Source: an uncultured Gammaproteobacteria bacterium
GTDB lineage: Bacteria; Patescibacteriota; Patescibacteriia; UBA10025; JAHIVO01
Reading direction: 5' to 3'
Length of the DNA stretch: 64,000 bases
Assembly: GCA_964592105.1 (NCBI GenBank)
Contig: CAZQBL010000016.1
Coordinates: 2,560 to 66,559, forward strand
The number at the start of each line of letters is the position of its first letter. Position 1 is the stretch's first letter. Shown one piece after another: positions 29,775 to 38,747 of this stretch. A program made the translations under genes and the position numbers. A model generated the notes under the pieces. It ran no database searches. It was given only the letters and a program-made list of their open reading frames with translations, and had not been told where the DNA came from.

Positions 29775-29829
29775 AAAAATTTATAAGCAATTTATTCATC
29801 CTGAAGTAAATTTTATATAATAATAATCT

Positions 29830-31032
29830 ATGACAACGCGCCGAATTTTTCTTCTGGCCATGGTAACTTATTTTATCCTTATCACCATCCTGTTTTTAGT
29901 TATGCCCCAGCTGGTGCGCGCGGCCGATACTTCAGTAGATAACAGTTGCAAAATAGGCAGCTCCAAAGAGGAAAAAGAGGCGGCCATCCGAGTAGCCATT
30001 CCTTTGCCGGGAGTAACCCAAAAAGTAACAATTTCAAATACGGAGTCATATAATGCCGTTAAAAATTTGTCCTGCTATTTGTCCGGCTTTTACCGTTATT
30101 TTGCCGGGGTGGCCGGTATTTTGGCCACGGTGATGATTATGTACGGGGGAATTCAGTACGTGATTTCTTTCGGCAATTCGGGCCGCTTGCAAGCGGCCAA
30201 AGACACTATTTTTTCGGCTATGGTCGGACTGGTTATTACCCTGGGTTCATATATTATTCTTTTTACAATCAATCCTAATTTAGTAACCCTAAAATTGCCG
30301 GAAGTTGGTAAGATTTATACTATTAACATAGATACCGATTGGTGTTTGTCTTCGGCTGGAGATATGCCTGTAGTCCCGGGCAGCACAGGCTGCGGCGATA
30401 AGGGCTTGCATACTGAAAATGGAACCCAGACAGAATGCATTTGGCAGGGTGATTGCGGGCAGAGTGGTCAAATTTGTTTCTATGGGCTTGGAGGTTATAA
30501 ATGTCGGGACCCCAAGGATACGTGTAAAAGTAGCTATAGCGATTTATGCCAGCAGGTCAGTCGCGCGATATATGCCGCCGGACTTACTTCTGGGGCCTGT
30601 GCGTCCAAGCCGCCCGACAGCCAGGAATGCGCCTGGGAAGAGCAGCTGCGTTGCCCGGACAACTGGGTCAGGGTAGACTGCACTTTTCACGGCATCGGTG
30701 ATCTCATTTCGACTCCCTGCACTGAAGTATTGGATAGTGTAAAATATTATTCTCTTGGTGGAGGCATGTTTCCCACGTTTTGTTTTGATTTCAGTGAGCG
30801 CCCGGTGGCTGCAGCCAACATTGAGTCAATCTGTTGCGCAGAACAGAGAGACATAGACTGCCGCTGGCCAAAAGGTAGGGGGCCGCTATTTGGGAACGAG
30901 ATCAATAGCAACGAAGTCCAGGTTGACTGCGCCCAATATCCCCCCCAACAATATCCGAACGCCTGTACTCAAGACGAGATTAGGCAGGGGATGATCTGCG
31001 CTATGCAGCTCGAACAACGTAATCGTAATTAA
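29830..31032 (+). CDS. VirB2/TrbC-like pilin domain fused to Cys-rich extracellular region
   Basis: Signal peptide; YFAGVAGILATVMIMYGGIQYVISFGNSGRLQAAKDTIFSAMVGLVITLGSYIILFTINPNL; more than 20 Cys downstream. Confidence 0.75.
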   Translation: MTTRRIFLLAMVTYFILITILFLVMPQLVRAADTSVDNSCKIGSSKEEKEAAIRVAIPLPGVTQKVTISNTESYNAVKNLSCYLSGFYRYFAGVAGILATVMIMYGGIQYVISFGNSGRLQAAKDTIFSAMVGLVITLGSYIILFTINPNLVTLKLPEVGKIYTINIDTDWCLSSAGDMPVVPGSTGCGDKGLHTENGTQTECIWQGDCGQSGQICFYGLGGYKCRDPKDTCKSSYSDLCQQVSRAIYAAGLTSGACASKPPDSQECAWEEQLRCPDNWVRVDCTFHGIGDLISTPCTEVLDSVKYYSLGGGMFPTFCFDFSERPVAAANIESICCAEQRDIDCRWPKGRGPLFGNEINSNEVQVDCAQYPPQQYPNACTQDEIRQGMICAMQLEQRNRN

Positions 31033-31041
31033 TAATTTTTT

Positions 31042-32304
31042 ATGAATAAAAAAGCTCTCTATATAATACTTTTCGTCATAGCCACTTTGGCTTTCGCCGT
31101 ACTGATTTATCTCGTTTTTATAAAAGATTTGGTCGAGACGGCCACGAATGATAACGCTAATACCAACACGGCCCAAAATACCAACGGCGGTGGCTTACCG
31201 ATAATCAACGGCACAACAAGCGCCAATATAAATGCCGTATCTTTAAATACCAATAAGGTTATCACCAATACTATGGCCAGCAATGTTAACGGCCAGATGA
31301 TTTCCAATATTGCCAGCGGCGGACCTACTTCAGTCAAGCCGGTTGTTGACGCCCCGGTCGCTTCCGTCAAGCTCTCCACGGACGGTAATTTGAATTACTA
31401 TGATAAAAACCAGGGTAAATTTTATCGCGTAGACAAAAACGGTCAGGCCGTTGAATTGACCGATCAGCTTTTTCCCGAGGCCAAGGAAATTGCCTGGTCG
31501 CCGGCCGGTGATAAGGTGGTGGTCACCTTCCCTGATTTAAGAAAAATAATGTATGATTTCAACACCAAAAAACAGGCGACTTTGCCCAAAGAATGGGTAG
31601 ATGTTGAATTTTCACAATCGGGTGACAAGCTTGGGTTTAAAAATATGGCTGCTAATGAGGATGATCGCTGGCTGCAAATATCCAATCCTGACGGCACTGA
31701 GGTCCAATCCATTGAGCCTATCGGCGATAAAGGCGGTGATGTGGCGATCAACTGGTCGCCCAATAATCAGGTAGTGGCTACCTTTCGGCAGAGCGTTAAT
31801 GCTGACCAACAGGAAGTGCTGTTGATAGGGCTGCATGGGGAAAATTTTAAATCATTGCTGACCGAGGGTCGTGGTTTTGAAGCTCAGTGGTCCCCCAGCG
31901 GCGAACAGATGATTTACAGTGTTTACAACGAATCGACCGCCTATAATCCTAATCTTTATATTGTAGACGCGCAGGGAGACGAGATAGGCGCCAATAGAAT
32001 TAATTTAGGACTTCAAACTTGGCCGGATAAATGTACTTTTTCTAAGAGTAGCCCGACTTTATATTGCGCCGTACCCAGCAATCTGCCCGATGGTTCTGGT
32101 TTATCCCGAAGTTTGGCTGCCGGTACGACCGATACTATTTATGCTATCAACACTAACACCGGAGCCAAAAGCCCGGTGGCCTTACCGGTTTCAAGTAGTT
32201 TAAAGAAATACTCAATCAGTTCACTATTTTTATCAGAGGACGACAGTCTTTTGTATTTTCAGGACGCGACAACCGGGAAGGTTTATAAAATGCAGTTAAA
32301 GTAA
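31042..32304 (+). CDS. Membrane-anchored TolB-like beta-propeller protein
   Basis: N-terminal TM, NTN linker, repeats WSPAGDK, FSQSGDK, WSPNNQ, WSPSGEQ. Confidence 0.75.
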   Translation: MNKKALYIILFVIATLAFAVLIYLVFIKDLVETATNDNANTNTAQNTNGGGLPIINGTTSANINAVSLNTNKVITNTMASNVNGQMISNIASGGPTSVKPVVDAPVASVKLSTDGNLNYYDKNQGKFYRVDKNGQAVELTDQLFPEAKEIAWSPAGDKVVVTFPDLRKIMYDFNTKKQATLPKEWVDVEFSQSGDKLGFKNMAANEDDRWLQISNPDGTEVQSIEPIGDKGGDVAINWSPNNQVVATFRQSVNADQQEVLLIGLHGENFKSLLTEGRGFEAQWSPSGEQMIYSVYNESTAYNPNLYIVDAQGDEIGANRINLGLQTWPDKCTFSKSSPTLYCAVPSNLPDGSGLSRSLAAGTTDTIYAINTNTGAKSPVALPVSSSLKKYSISSLFLSEDDSLLYFQDATTGKVYKMQLK

Positions 32305-33654
32305 ATGTTTGTTTTTAGGCCCACTGAAAAAATTTTGTGGTTGGGATTATGGCTAGCATTAATTTTTGCATTAATTCCGTTACATCAGGCCCTGGCCGAT
32401 TGCTGTTATGGCGGGGCTGGCCTTTGCGGTCTGCCGGATCCAGTGGAGCGCAGTTGTACAAATGGCTGGTCTTATTTGCCCGGTGACTGTCCGCAGGACT
32501 GCAACCAGCCGGCGCCCGGCGCGCTCATTCAATGCTGTATTTGTCAGCCCTCAACGCCTGGTGAGATCGTAGTTTGTGGCAAACCGGTGACCGACGCTGA
32601 ATTTCCCTGCGGCGCTTCATTGGATTGCCGGCAGAGCCAGTTTTCATGCCAAGATCTAAATAATAATCCACAATGCGCAGAGTGGCTGAAAATAAGCGGT
32701 GAAACCGAGAAGTCTGAGTCACTGTTTTTTGAATTAAATTTTTCTATACCGGGCTCTGAGATATTTAACGCTGGCAAGTCCATAAAGATAACTGGCGCTA
32801 CTTTAGGAGAATATATTGTGGCGCTTTATGTTTTTTTGGTTGGCGTCGGCGGTATCTTGGCTACGATCATGATGATGTGGGGAGGTTTACGGTACGTGGT
32901 TTCCGGAGGCAGTCCCCAGCGGATTTCAGAGGCCAAAGACCAGATCACTGCCGCACTCTCTGGCTTTATAATCTTATTGGCTTCTTATTTGTTGTTATTA
33001 ACGATCAATCCCAACTTGGTGAAGTTCGAGGGATTGTCCGGCGTCAGACCGGTCGAGCAAATTCTCCAAAGCCTGGAGAGCAAGTCAAGCTCGGCTAAAG
33101 GCATGCCGCCGGTTAAGTGGGAAGGAGACAACGTTTCCTGTTTTGATAAGGAAATAACTGATATTGCCGCTCAAAAAGGCGTTGACCGGAACTGGCTAAA
33201 GGCCATAATGCTGGTTGAATCGTCTGGCCATGAAAAAATAGTTTCTTCAGCCGGGGCATGCGGCCTGATGCAGCTTTTGCCGCAAACCGCTAATAAATCC
33301 TGTACGGAATTGAAAGACCCCATTACCAATATTACGGCCGGGGCCGATTATTTTCTCTTCCTTAAGCAGAATGCCTGCCCCAGAGAAAATGCCAAGCATC
33401 CATGTAATTGGGGGCCGGTTTGTGATATTACGAATATGGATTTTGTGCTCGCCGCTTATAACGGCGGGCCGGGAGCTAACTGGTGCAGCGTGACCTGTAA
33501 ACAAGAAACCTGGTGGCAGTGTATCGGAAATCCTGGGTATGCAGAAACCAGAAACTATGTTATTAAGGTAAAACAAGCTTATGATAAAGTCAGCAGTGGT
33601 CTCGTTCCGTTTGTGTGGCAGCCAGATGAAACTTGTACTGGTATTGATGGATAA
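32305..33654 (+). CDS. Cys-rich / VirB2-like pilin / SLT lytic transglycosylase fusion
   Basis: Pilin segment GILATIMMMWGGLRYVVSGG..AKDQITAALSG..SYLLLLTINPNL; SLT motifs AIMLVESSG, GACGLMQL, AAYNGGPG, ETRNYV. Confidence 0.85.
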   Translation: MFVFRPTEKILWLGLWLALIFALIPLHQALADCCYGGAGLCGLPDPVERSCTNGWSYLPGDCPQDCNQPAPGALIQCCICQPSTPGEIVVCGKPVTDAEFPCGASLDCRQSQFSCQDLNNNPQCAEWLKISGETEKSESLFFELNFSIPGSEIFNAGKSIKITGATLGEYIVALYVFLVGVGGILATIMMMWGGLRYVVSGGSPQRISEAKDQITAALSGFIILLASYLLLLTINPNLVKFEGLSGVRPVEQILQSLESKSSSAKGMPPVKWEGDNVSCFDKEITDIAAQKGVDRNWLKAIMLVESSGHEKIVSSAGACGLMQLLPQTANKSCTELKDPITNITAGADYFLFLKQNACPRENAKHPCNWGPVCDITNMDFVLAAYNGGPGANWCSVTCKQETWWQCIGNPGYAETRNYVIKVKQAYDKVSSGLVPFVWQPDETCTGIDG

Positions 33655-33660
33655 TTATTT

Positions 33661-34998
33661 ATGCCCAAAGTAAAAACCATTTTTGTTTGCAGTAAATGCG
33701 ACGCTCAGTTTCCTAAGTGGCTCGGTCGTTGTTCCGAGTGCGGTGCTTGGAGCAGCTTGAAACAGGAGGTGGCCATGAAAAAAGGTCCGGCGGTACCGGT
33801 CGGTCAGCTGGAAACGCTCTCTGAGGTCGAGAACTCAACTACTGATCGTTTGAAAAGCGGTATTTATGAATTTGACAGGGTGGTAGGCGGCGGCATAGTG
33901 CCTGGCAGCTTGGTTTTGCTGGGCGGCGATCCGGGCATCGGGAAATCAACCCTGATTCTGCAGGTAGCCGGTAAGCTAGCTGAAAGCGGACAGGAAGTTT
34001 TGTATATTTCCGGAGAAGAATCGTCTTCCCAGGTTAAAATACGGTTTTCACGTCTGGGGCTTTCTACTTCGAATTTGAAATTTCTTGGAACAACTGACAT
34101 TGATACGGTGGTGGCCACAGTTAATCAGTTCCGTCCGTCTCTGGTTATTTTGGATTCCATTCAGACGATGTCTGATCAGTCGATAGCCTCGGCCGCCGGT
34201 AGCGTAGCTCAGGTACGAGCCGCGACTAGCAAACTAACTACCGTAGGTAAAGGGAATATGATTCCCATAATCATCATCGGTCATGTGACAAAAAAGGGAA
34301 ATGTAGCCGGTCCACGCACTTTAGAACATCTGGTGGATGTGGTTTTATACTTGGAAGGTGACCGTAGTCATATTTTTCGGGTTTTACGCGGCGTTAAAAA
34401 CCGTTTCGGTTCGACTTCCGAGGTCGGAGTTTTCGATATGCAGAAAGGCGGCTTGAAAGAAGTGGCTAATCCTTCGCAGATATTTTTATCCGAACGAAAA
34501 AGTCAGAACCCCGGTTCGGTAGTGGCCGCTATTATCGAAGGTTCCCGAGCTTTTTTGGTGGAAGTTCAAGCCCTAGTTTCTCGTTCGAATTTCGGCTATC
34601 CCCAACGGCGTGTTTCCGGATTTGATTTTAATCGCTTGCAATTGTTAGTGGCCGTTCTGATGAAGAAAGCCCATTTGTTTTTGAGCAATCAGGATATTCA
34701 CGTCAACGTGGCCGGCGGGTTTAAAGTAACCGAGCCGGCCATTGATTTGGCGGTGTGTCTGGCTATTGCTTCGGCCCATAAAAATAAAATTATTCCGCCG
34801 GAGGTAGCAGTTTTTGGTGAGGTGGGTTTGGGCGGCGAAATCAGGGCGGTGGCCCAAAGCGACCAGCGTTTGGAAGAAATAAAAAAAATGGGATTTAAAG
34901 AAGTGATTATGCCAACAACCCGGCTTATTGACGAACCAAAAGGCTTGCAGTTGGTATTTGGCCATTCCGTTGATGAAGTTGTAAGTAATTATCTATAA
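33661..34998 (+). CDS. radA: DNA repair protein RadA/Sms
   Basis: CSKC..KWLGRCSECGAW, GGDPGIGKSTL, KNRFG, Lon-like C-terminus GEVGLGGEIR. Confidence 0.97.
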   Translation: MPKVKTIFVCSKCDAQFPKWLGRCSECGAWSSLKQEVAMKKGPAVPVGQLETLSEVENSTTDRLKSGIYEFDRVVGGGIVPGSLVLLGGDPGIGKSTLILQVAGKLAESGQEVLYISGEESSSQVKIRFSRLGLSTSNLKFLGTTDIDTVVATVNQFRPSLVILDSIQTMSDQSIASAAGSVAQVRAATSKLTTVGKGNMIPIIIIGHVTKKGNVAGPRTLEHLVDVVLYLEGDRSHIFRVLRGVKNRFGSTSEVGVFDMQKGGLKEVANPSQIFLSERKSQNPGSVVAAIIEGSRAFLVEVQALVSRSNFGYPQRRVSGFDFNRLQLLVAVLMKKAHLFLSNQDIHVNVAGGFKVTEPAIDLAVCLAIASAHKNKIIPPEVAVFGEVGLGGEIRAVAQSDQRLEEIKKMGFKEVIMPTTRLIDEPKGLQLVFGHSVDEVVSNYL

Positions 34999-35027
34999 TT
35001 AATTTAGAGGAGTATATTTATTGGATA

Positions 35028-35066
35028 TAAAAGAGGCGATTCGCATGTGGCGAACCGCCTTGTTTG
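35028..35066. terminator. Probable bidirectional intrinsic terminator between convergent radA and dksA-like genes
   Basis: Stem GGCGATTCGC / GCGAACCGCC flanked by AAAAGA and TTGTTTG. Confidence 0.7.
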
Positions 35067-35104
35067 TAACCGTGTTTATTATCTCCTTTTTATTTTTAGA
35101 AGAT

Positions 35105-35455
35105 TTACTTAGCCTCCGTTTCATGCTTGGTCTGGCAAGTGAAGCATCTTTTGGCCGTAGGGTGCACTTCAAGCCGCGATTTGGGTATTTTGCGCTGACA
35201 ATCAATACAGATGCCGTAAAGGCCCTGGTTGATTCTGTTGATGGTGTGCTGAATGGCGGATATTTTTTTTTCAAGTGTATTGAGTAGCGCTAGTTGGTCG
35301 ATAGAATTATCGGTTACATCGGCCATATGTTGACCCCGAGTTGTCGGCTGGGTCCTGTTAATGGCTTCAAGCGTCATACTTCTTTGTTGCCTGGTTTGTT
35401 CGAGTTCTGCTTGTAGTTTAGCCAAGTTGTCAACGGAAGGTTGTTTTTTCTCCAT
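35105..35455 (-). CDS. TraR/DksA C4 zinc-finger protein
   Basis: Coiled coil with DVTD tip; YGICIDCQRKIPKSRLEVHPTAKRCFTCQ; SD-like AGAGGGGAG upstream. Confidence 0.9.
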   Translation of the reverse strand: MEKKQPSVDNLAKLQAELEQTRQQRSMTLEAINRTQPTTRGQHMADVTDNSIDQLALLNTLEKKISAIQHTINRINQGLYGICIDCQRKIPKSRLEVHPTAKRCFTCQTKHETEAK

Positions 35456-35674
35456 AACTCCCCTCTCTTAGGATGGATACAGGATGTCTGTTTTTCGAGG
35501 TTTAATAAACTGGTTCATTTTAAAGATTTTAAAGATCAGTAGTTTGTCGTTCTCTCCTTTCTTATTTTTTTAGGTAAAATAGAGTTTTTCTTTTAGGTTT
35601 TTGTTTTTTTGTACATATAATAAATATGTCATACTATTAAGTATGACTCTGCTTATTAAGCTTTGTCAAGTGAG

Positions 35675-37756
35675 TTATTCAGGGTGGATATCCCGGTCCA
35701 GTTCGGCTAATTTTTCTCTGATTTGTGGGTAGTTTTCCAGTTGGGGGTCAGTCGCGAATAAAGCCGCGGCCGCTTCTTTTGATTGCTGGATTAACAAGCG
35801 ATCCGTTAGTTTGGCGATCTTGAGATCGGGAAATCCTGATTGTCGTAGTCCAAAAATTTCTCCGGGGCCCCTGAAGGCCAGGTCTTTTTCCGCTAATTCA
35901 AAACCATTTTTTGCAGCGATAAGGGCCTCCAGCCGTTTTAAGGTTTTGTCATTGTTTGAATCGGTAAAGATAAAACAGTATGATTGGTGTTCGGCCCGAC
36001 CGACTCTGCCCCGGAACTGGTGCAATTGCGCCAAACCAAAACGTTCGGCGCCTTCAATCATCATGACCGAAGCATTGGGCACGTCGATGCCGACCTCCAC
36101 TACCGCGGTAGTCACCAATATGTTTACTTTGTTTTGGGAAAATTCCTCCATAACCTTGGCTTTAACCGCCGCTTTGAGCCGTCCGTGCAGCAGTCCGACA
36201 GTGTACTCCGGGAAGACGATTTCTTGTAATTTTTTATATTCGAGAGTCGCGGCCTTGACCCCTAATTTATCAGATTCGTCTATCAGTGGACAAATGACAA
36301 AAACCTGACGTTGATTTTTTATTTCCTGGCGGATGAAATCATAAGCTAGTTGTCTTTTTTCCGGAGGCACGATTTTGGTGATAATTTTTTTTCTATCTTT
36401 GGGCATCTCGGTTATGAGCGACAAATCTAGGTTGCCATAAAGAGTCAGAGCCAGCGATCTTGGAATTGGCGTAGCGGTCATGGAGAGAAGGTGAGGCACG
36501 TTTCTCGTGGCGAGTGGCCCGTTGTCTGATTTTAGTTTTAAAGTTTTTCGCTGGTCCACACCAAAACGATGCTGTTCGTCGATTATTACCAGTCCCAGCT
36601 TGTAGAAATTTACCTTGGTTTGGATGATGGCGTGAGTGCCGATGATAATATTGATTTTCCCCGAGGAAATTTTTTTCAGAATTTCTTTTTGGGAAACCGC
36701 TTGACCGTTCAGTTTTTTCTCGGACCCGGTCAATAGGGCAATGCTAATTTTGTAATTTTTTAATAATTTGCTGATAGTTTGAAAATGCTGGACGGCCAGC
36801 ACTTCGGTCGGTGCCATTAGGGCGGCTTGGTAGCCGTTGGTCTGGGTATTGAGCATGGCCAGAGCGGCGACTACGGTTTTGCCCGAACCTACATCGCCCT
36901 CCAAAAGGCGATTCATTGGCTTTGTCTGATTCAGGTCGCGTAAAATTTCCCAAGCTGCTTTTTTTTGACTGGCGGTCAGCTGCCAAGGCAGGCCGGCTAC
37001 AAATTTTCTGGTTAGAACTTCATTAAAGAATATTTGTGGCGCCTTTTCCAGCTTAAGTTTTTGGCGTAAGGATTGAGTTTTGCACTGGATAAGGAAAAGC
37101 TCATTGAATTTGAGCCGGCGCCTGGCCTGAATAAGGGCGTTTTTATTGATCGGAAAGTGAACTTCTTTGAGCGCCTGTTGGATGCCTATCAACTCGTATT
37201 TTTTAAGAATTTTTTCCGGGACCCACTCTATAATGTTTTGACAAAGCGGCAAAACCATTTTTATGAGATAGCGAATTTGTTTTTCGGTTAAATTTTCGGT
37301 GAGAGAATAAACAGGGACAATTCGGGCGGTATGAGTTTGTTCTTTTTTTATTTTTTCGTAGGTAGGATTCATGAGTTGCAGGCCATAGGAACTGTACTCG
37401 GCTTTGCCGGAAAAATAGGCTTCATCACCGGCCTTCAGAAGTCTGGTGATAAATGGCTGGTTGAACCAAATGGCTTTGATTGTGCCCGAAGAGTCTGATA
37501 TTAAGCATTCCGTCATGTACATTCGGCGTTTGAAGGAGCGCTTATTGGCGATAATGCTGATTCTGCCGCGAATGGTAACGCTGGCGTCCTTTTTAATCGT
37601 ACTGATCGGCACGATGGCGCTGTAGTCATCATAGCGGAACGGAAAGTAGAAAAGTAAGTCATTGACGTTTTTCAATCCTAAACGAAGTAGGCGTTTGGTC
37701 AGGACGGGACCAACGCGCGGTAATTTTTCAATTTCCGTTTGGAGCGTTATCTGCAT
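35675..37756 (-). CDS. recG: ATP-dependent DNA helicase RecG
   Basis: MNRLLEGDVGSGKT, MAPTEVLAVQH, IDEQHRFGV, MTATPIPRSL, QFRGRVGR, RGPGE. Confidence 0.97.
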   Translation of the reverse strand: MQITLQTEIEKLPRVGPVLTKRLLRLGLKNVNDLLFYFPFRYDDYSAIVPISTIKKDASVTIRGRISIIANKRSFKRRMYMTECLISDSSGTIKAIWFNQPFITRLLKAGDEAYFSGKAEYSSYGLQLMNPTYEKIKKEQTHTARIVPVYSLTENLTEKQIRYLIKMVLPLCQNIIEWVPEKILKKYELIGIQQALKEVHFPINKNALIQARRRLKFNELFLIQCKTQSLRQKLKLEKAPQIFFNEVLTRKFVAGLPWQLTASQKKAAWEILRDLNQTKPMNRLLEGDVGSGKTVVAALAMLNTQTNGYQAALMAPTEVLAVQHFQTISKLLKNYKISIALLTGSEKKLNGQAVSQKEILKKISSGKINIIIGTHAIIQTKVNFYKLGLVIIDEQHRFGVDQRKTLKLKSDNGPLATRNVPHLLSMTATPIPRSLALTLYGNLDLSLITEMPKDRKKIITKIVPPEKRQLAYDFIRQEIKNQRQVFVICPLIDESDKLGVKAATLEYKKLQEIVFPEYTVGLLHGRLKAAVKAKVMEEFSQNKVNILVTTAVVEVGIDVPNASVMMIEGAERFGLAQLHQFRGRVGRAEHQSYCFIFTDSNNDKTLKRLEALIAAKNGFELAEKDLAFRGPGEIFGLRQSGFPDLKIAKLTDRLLIQQSKEAAAALFATDPQLENYPQIREKLAELDRDIHPE

Positions 37757-37782
37757 ACACTCATTTTATCAAAGACACACAC

Positions 37783-37808
37783 AAAAAAACAGAGTTTGTT
37801 GCTCCGTT
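37783..37808 (-). terminator. Intrinsic terminator downstream of tRNA-Arg
   Basis: Minus strand AACGGAG-CAACAAA-CTCTGTT followed by a T tract. Confidence 0.55.
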
Positions 37809-37869
37809 CTTTGGTGCCGGCGAGCTGTCCACGAAATGGTTTCTGAAAAACCGAAAAGTATGGTTCTAG

Positions 37870-37941
37870 TGCCCTCGAGAGGAATTGAACCTCTATTACA
37901 AGATCCGCAATCTTGTGTCCTATCCGTTGAACGACGAGGGC
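37870..37941 (-). tRNA. tRNA-Arg(GCG)
   Basis: GCCCTCG acceptor stem, anticodon arm CAAGA-TTGCGGA-TCTTG, T arm AGAGG-TTCAATT-CCTCT; CCA not encoded. Confidence 0.93.
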
Positions 37942-37978
37942 AGAGGATTAGGAAAATTTTTATATATTATAACTGAAG

Positions 37979-38488
37979 TTATTGAAGTTTCAGTAAGCGA
38001 CTAATGGAATCGGTAAATGTTTCGTTTTCTTTTTCCGTATCTTCTTTTAAATACTCAAGCAATATTTTTCTAACGGTGAGGGGGTTTTGGTCGCCGAGCA
38101 GAATAGTGAGAGAGGGTCGCAATCCCGTTTTGAAATCGAAATACAGGTTTTTTACTTCCGGTGGTTCATAGACAATCCAAAAACTTTTTAGTTGTTTCCA
38201 TTCGTAAAACATTTCCGTCCCGATGGCGATACCATCCTCGGTGATGCTAAAAGTCAGTCTGGCCGGCTTTCGGCGTGAGCGCATGATGTAAATAACCACG
38301 AAAATCATGATTAAAACCACGAACAGATAATTGTTGCTGGTAAAGCCAAAAATTAATAATCCGGCTAATATTACCAGCGCGGTAATGTACCAAGTTTTGG
38401 ACCTTTGGTATTCCCTGAATTCCGGGAAATCCCAAGAGGCTAAAATTTTCCCATGGTCTTCTGGTTGTTCTTTGGCTTGTTCCTCCAT
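37979..38488 (-). CDS. Conserved-looking hypothetical membrane protein (2 TM plus PH-like domain)
   Basis: W.FPEF..YQRSKTWY, two TMs, FSITEDGIAIG..FYEWKQLKSFWI; ATG at 38488 preferred over the upstream GTG at 38542. Confidence 0.75.
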   Translation of the reverse strand: MEEQAKEQPEDHGKILASWDFPEFREYQRSKTWYITALVILAGLLIFGFTSNNYLFVVLIMIFVVIYIMRSRRKPARLTFSITEDGIAIGTEMFYEWKQLKSFWIVYEPPEVKNLYFDFKTGLRPSLTILLGDQNPLTVRKILLEYLKEDTEKENETFTDSISRLLKLQ

Positions 38489-38657
38489 ATTATTATTGTA
38501 AATAATTAATAAGTTTTTTGAAGCGGAGAGAGAGTGATTCACTCTATCATTAGATGAGGCGTCTCGTGTTTATCGGGGGGCGAGCCTGCAAGACCATCAT
38601 TGGTCTTATGGTTTTATCTCTTCTACATCTTTTTAAATTGGGACGGGGTCCTGCGCA

Positions 38658-38747
38658 TGGCGGTGGGAGCAGGATTCGAACCTGCGGTTCCCTTGCAGGA
38701 ACTCTGGTTTTCAAGACCAGCTCGTTAAACCGCTCCGACATCCCACC
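38658..38747 (-). tRNA. tRNA-Ser(TGA)
   Basis: GGTGGGA acceptor, CTGGT-CTTGAAA-ACCAG anticodon arm, long variable arm, GCAGG-TTCGAAT-CCTGC, encoded CCA. Confidence 0.95.

Noticed and set aside
10084-33654. Integrative conjugative element
   Set aside because: No integrase, relaxase, coupling protein or flanking direct repeats; the cluster abuts rsmA and radA with minimal spacing
35021-35287. Plus-strand 88-aa ORF with AGAGGAG upstream
   Set aside because: It runs through the terminator hairpin and is antisense to the well-supported DksA-family gene
38552-38630. Possible ncRNA downstream of tRNA-Ser(TGA) with hairpin AAGACCA-TCAT-TGGTCTT
   Set aside because: Only one short stem is convincing and no known RNA family motif was recognised
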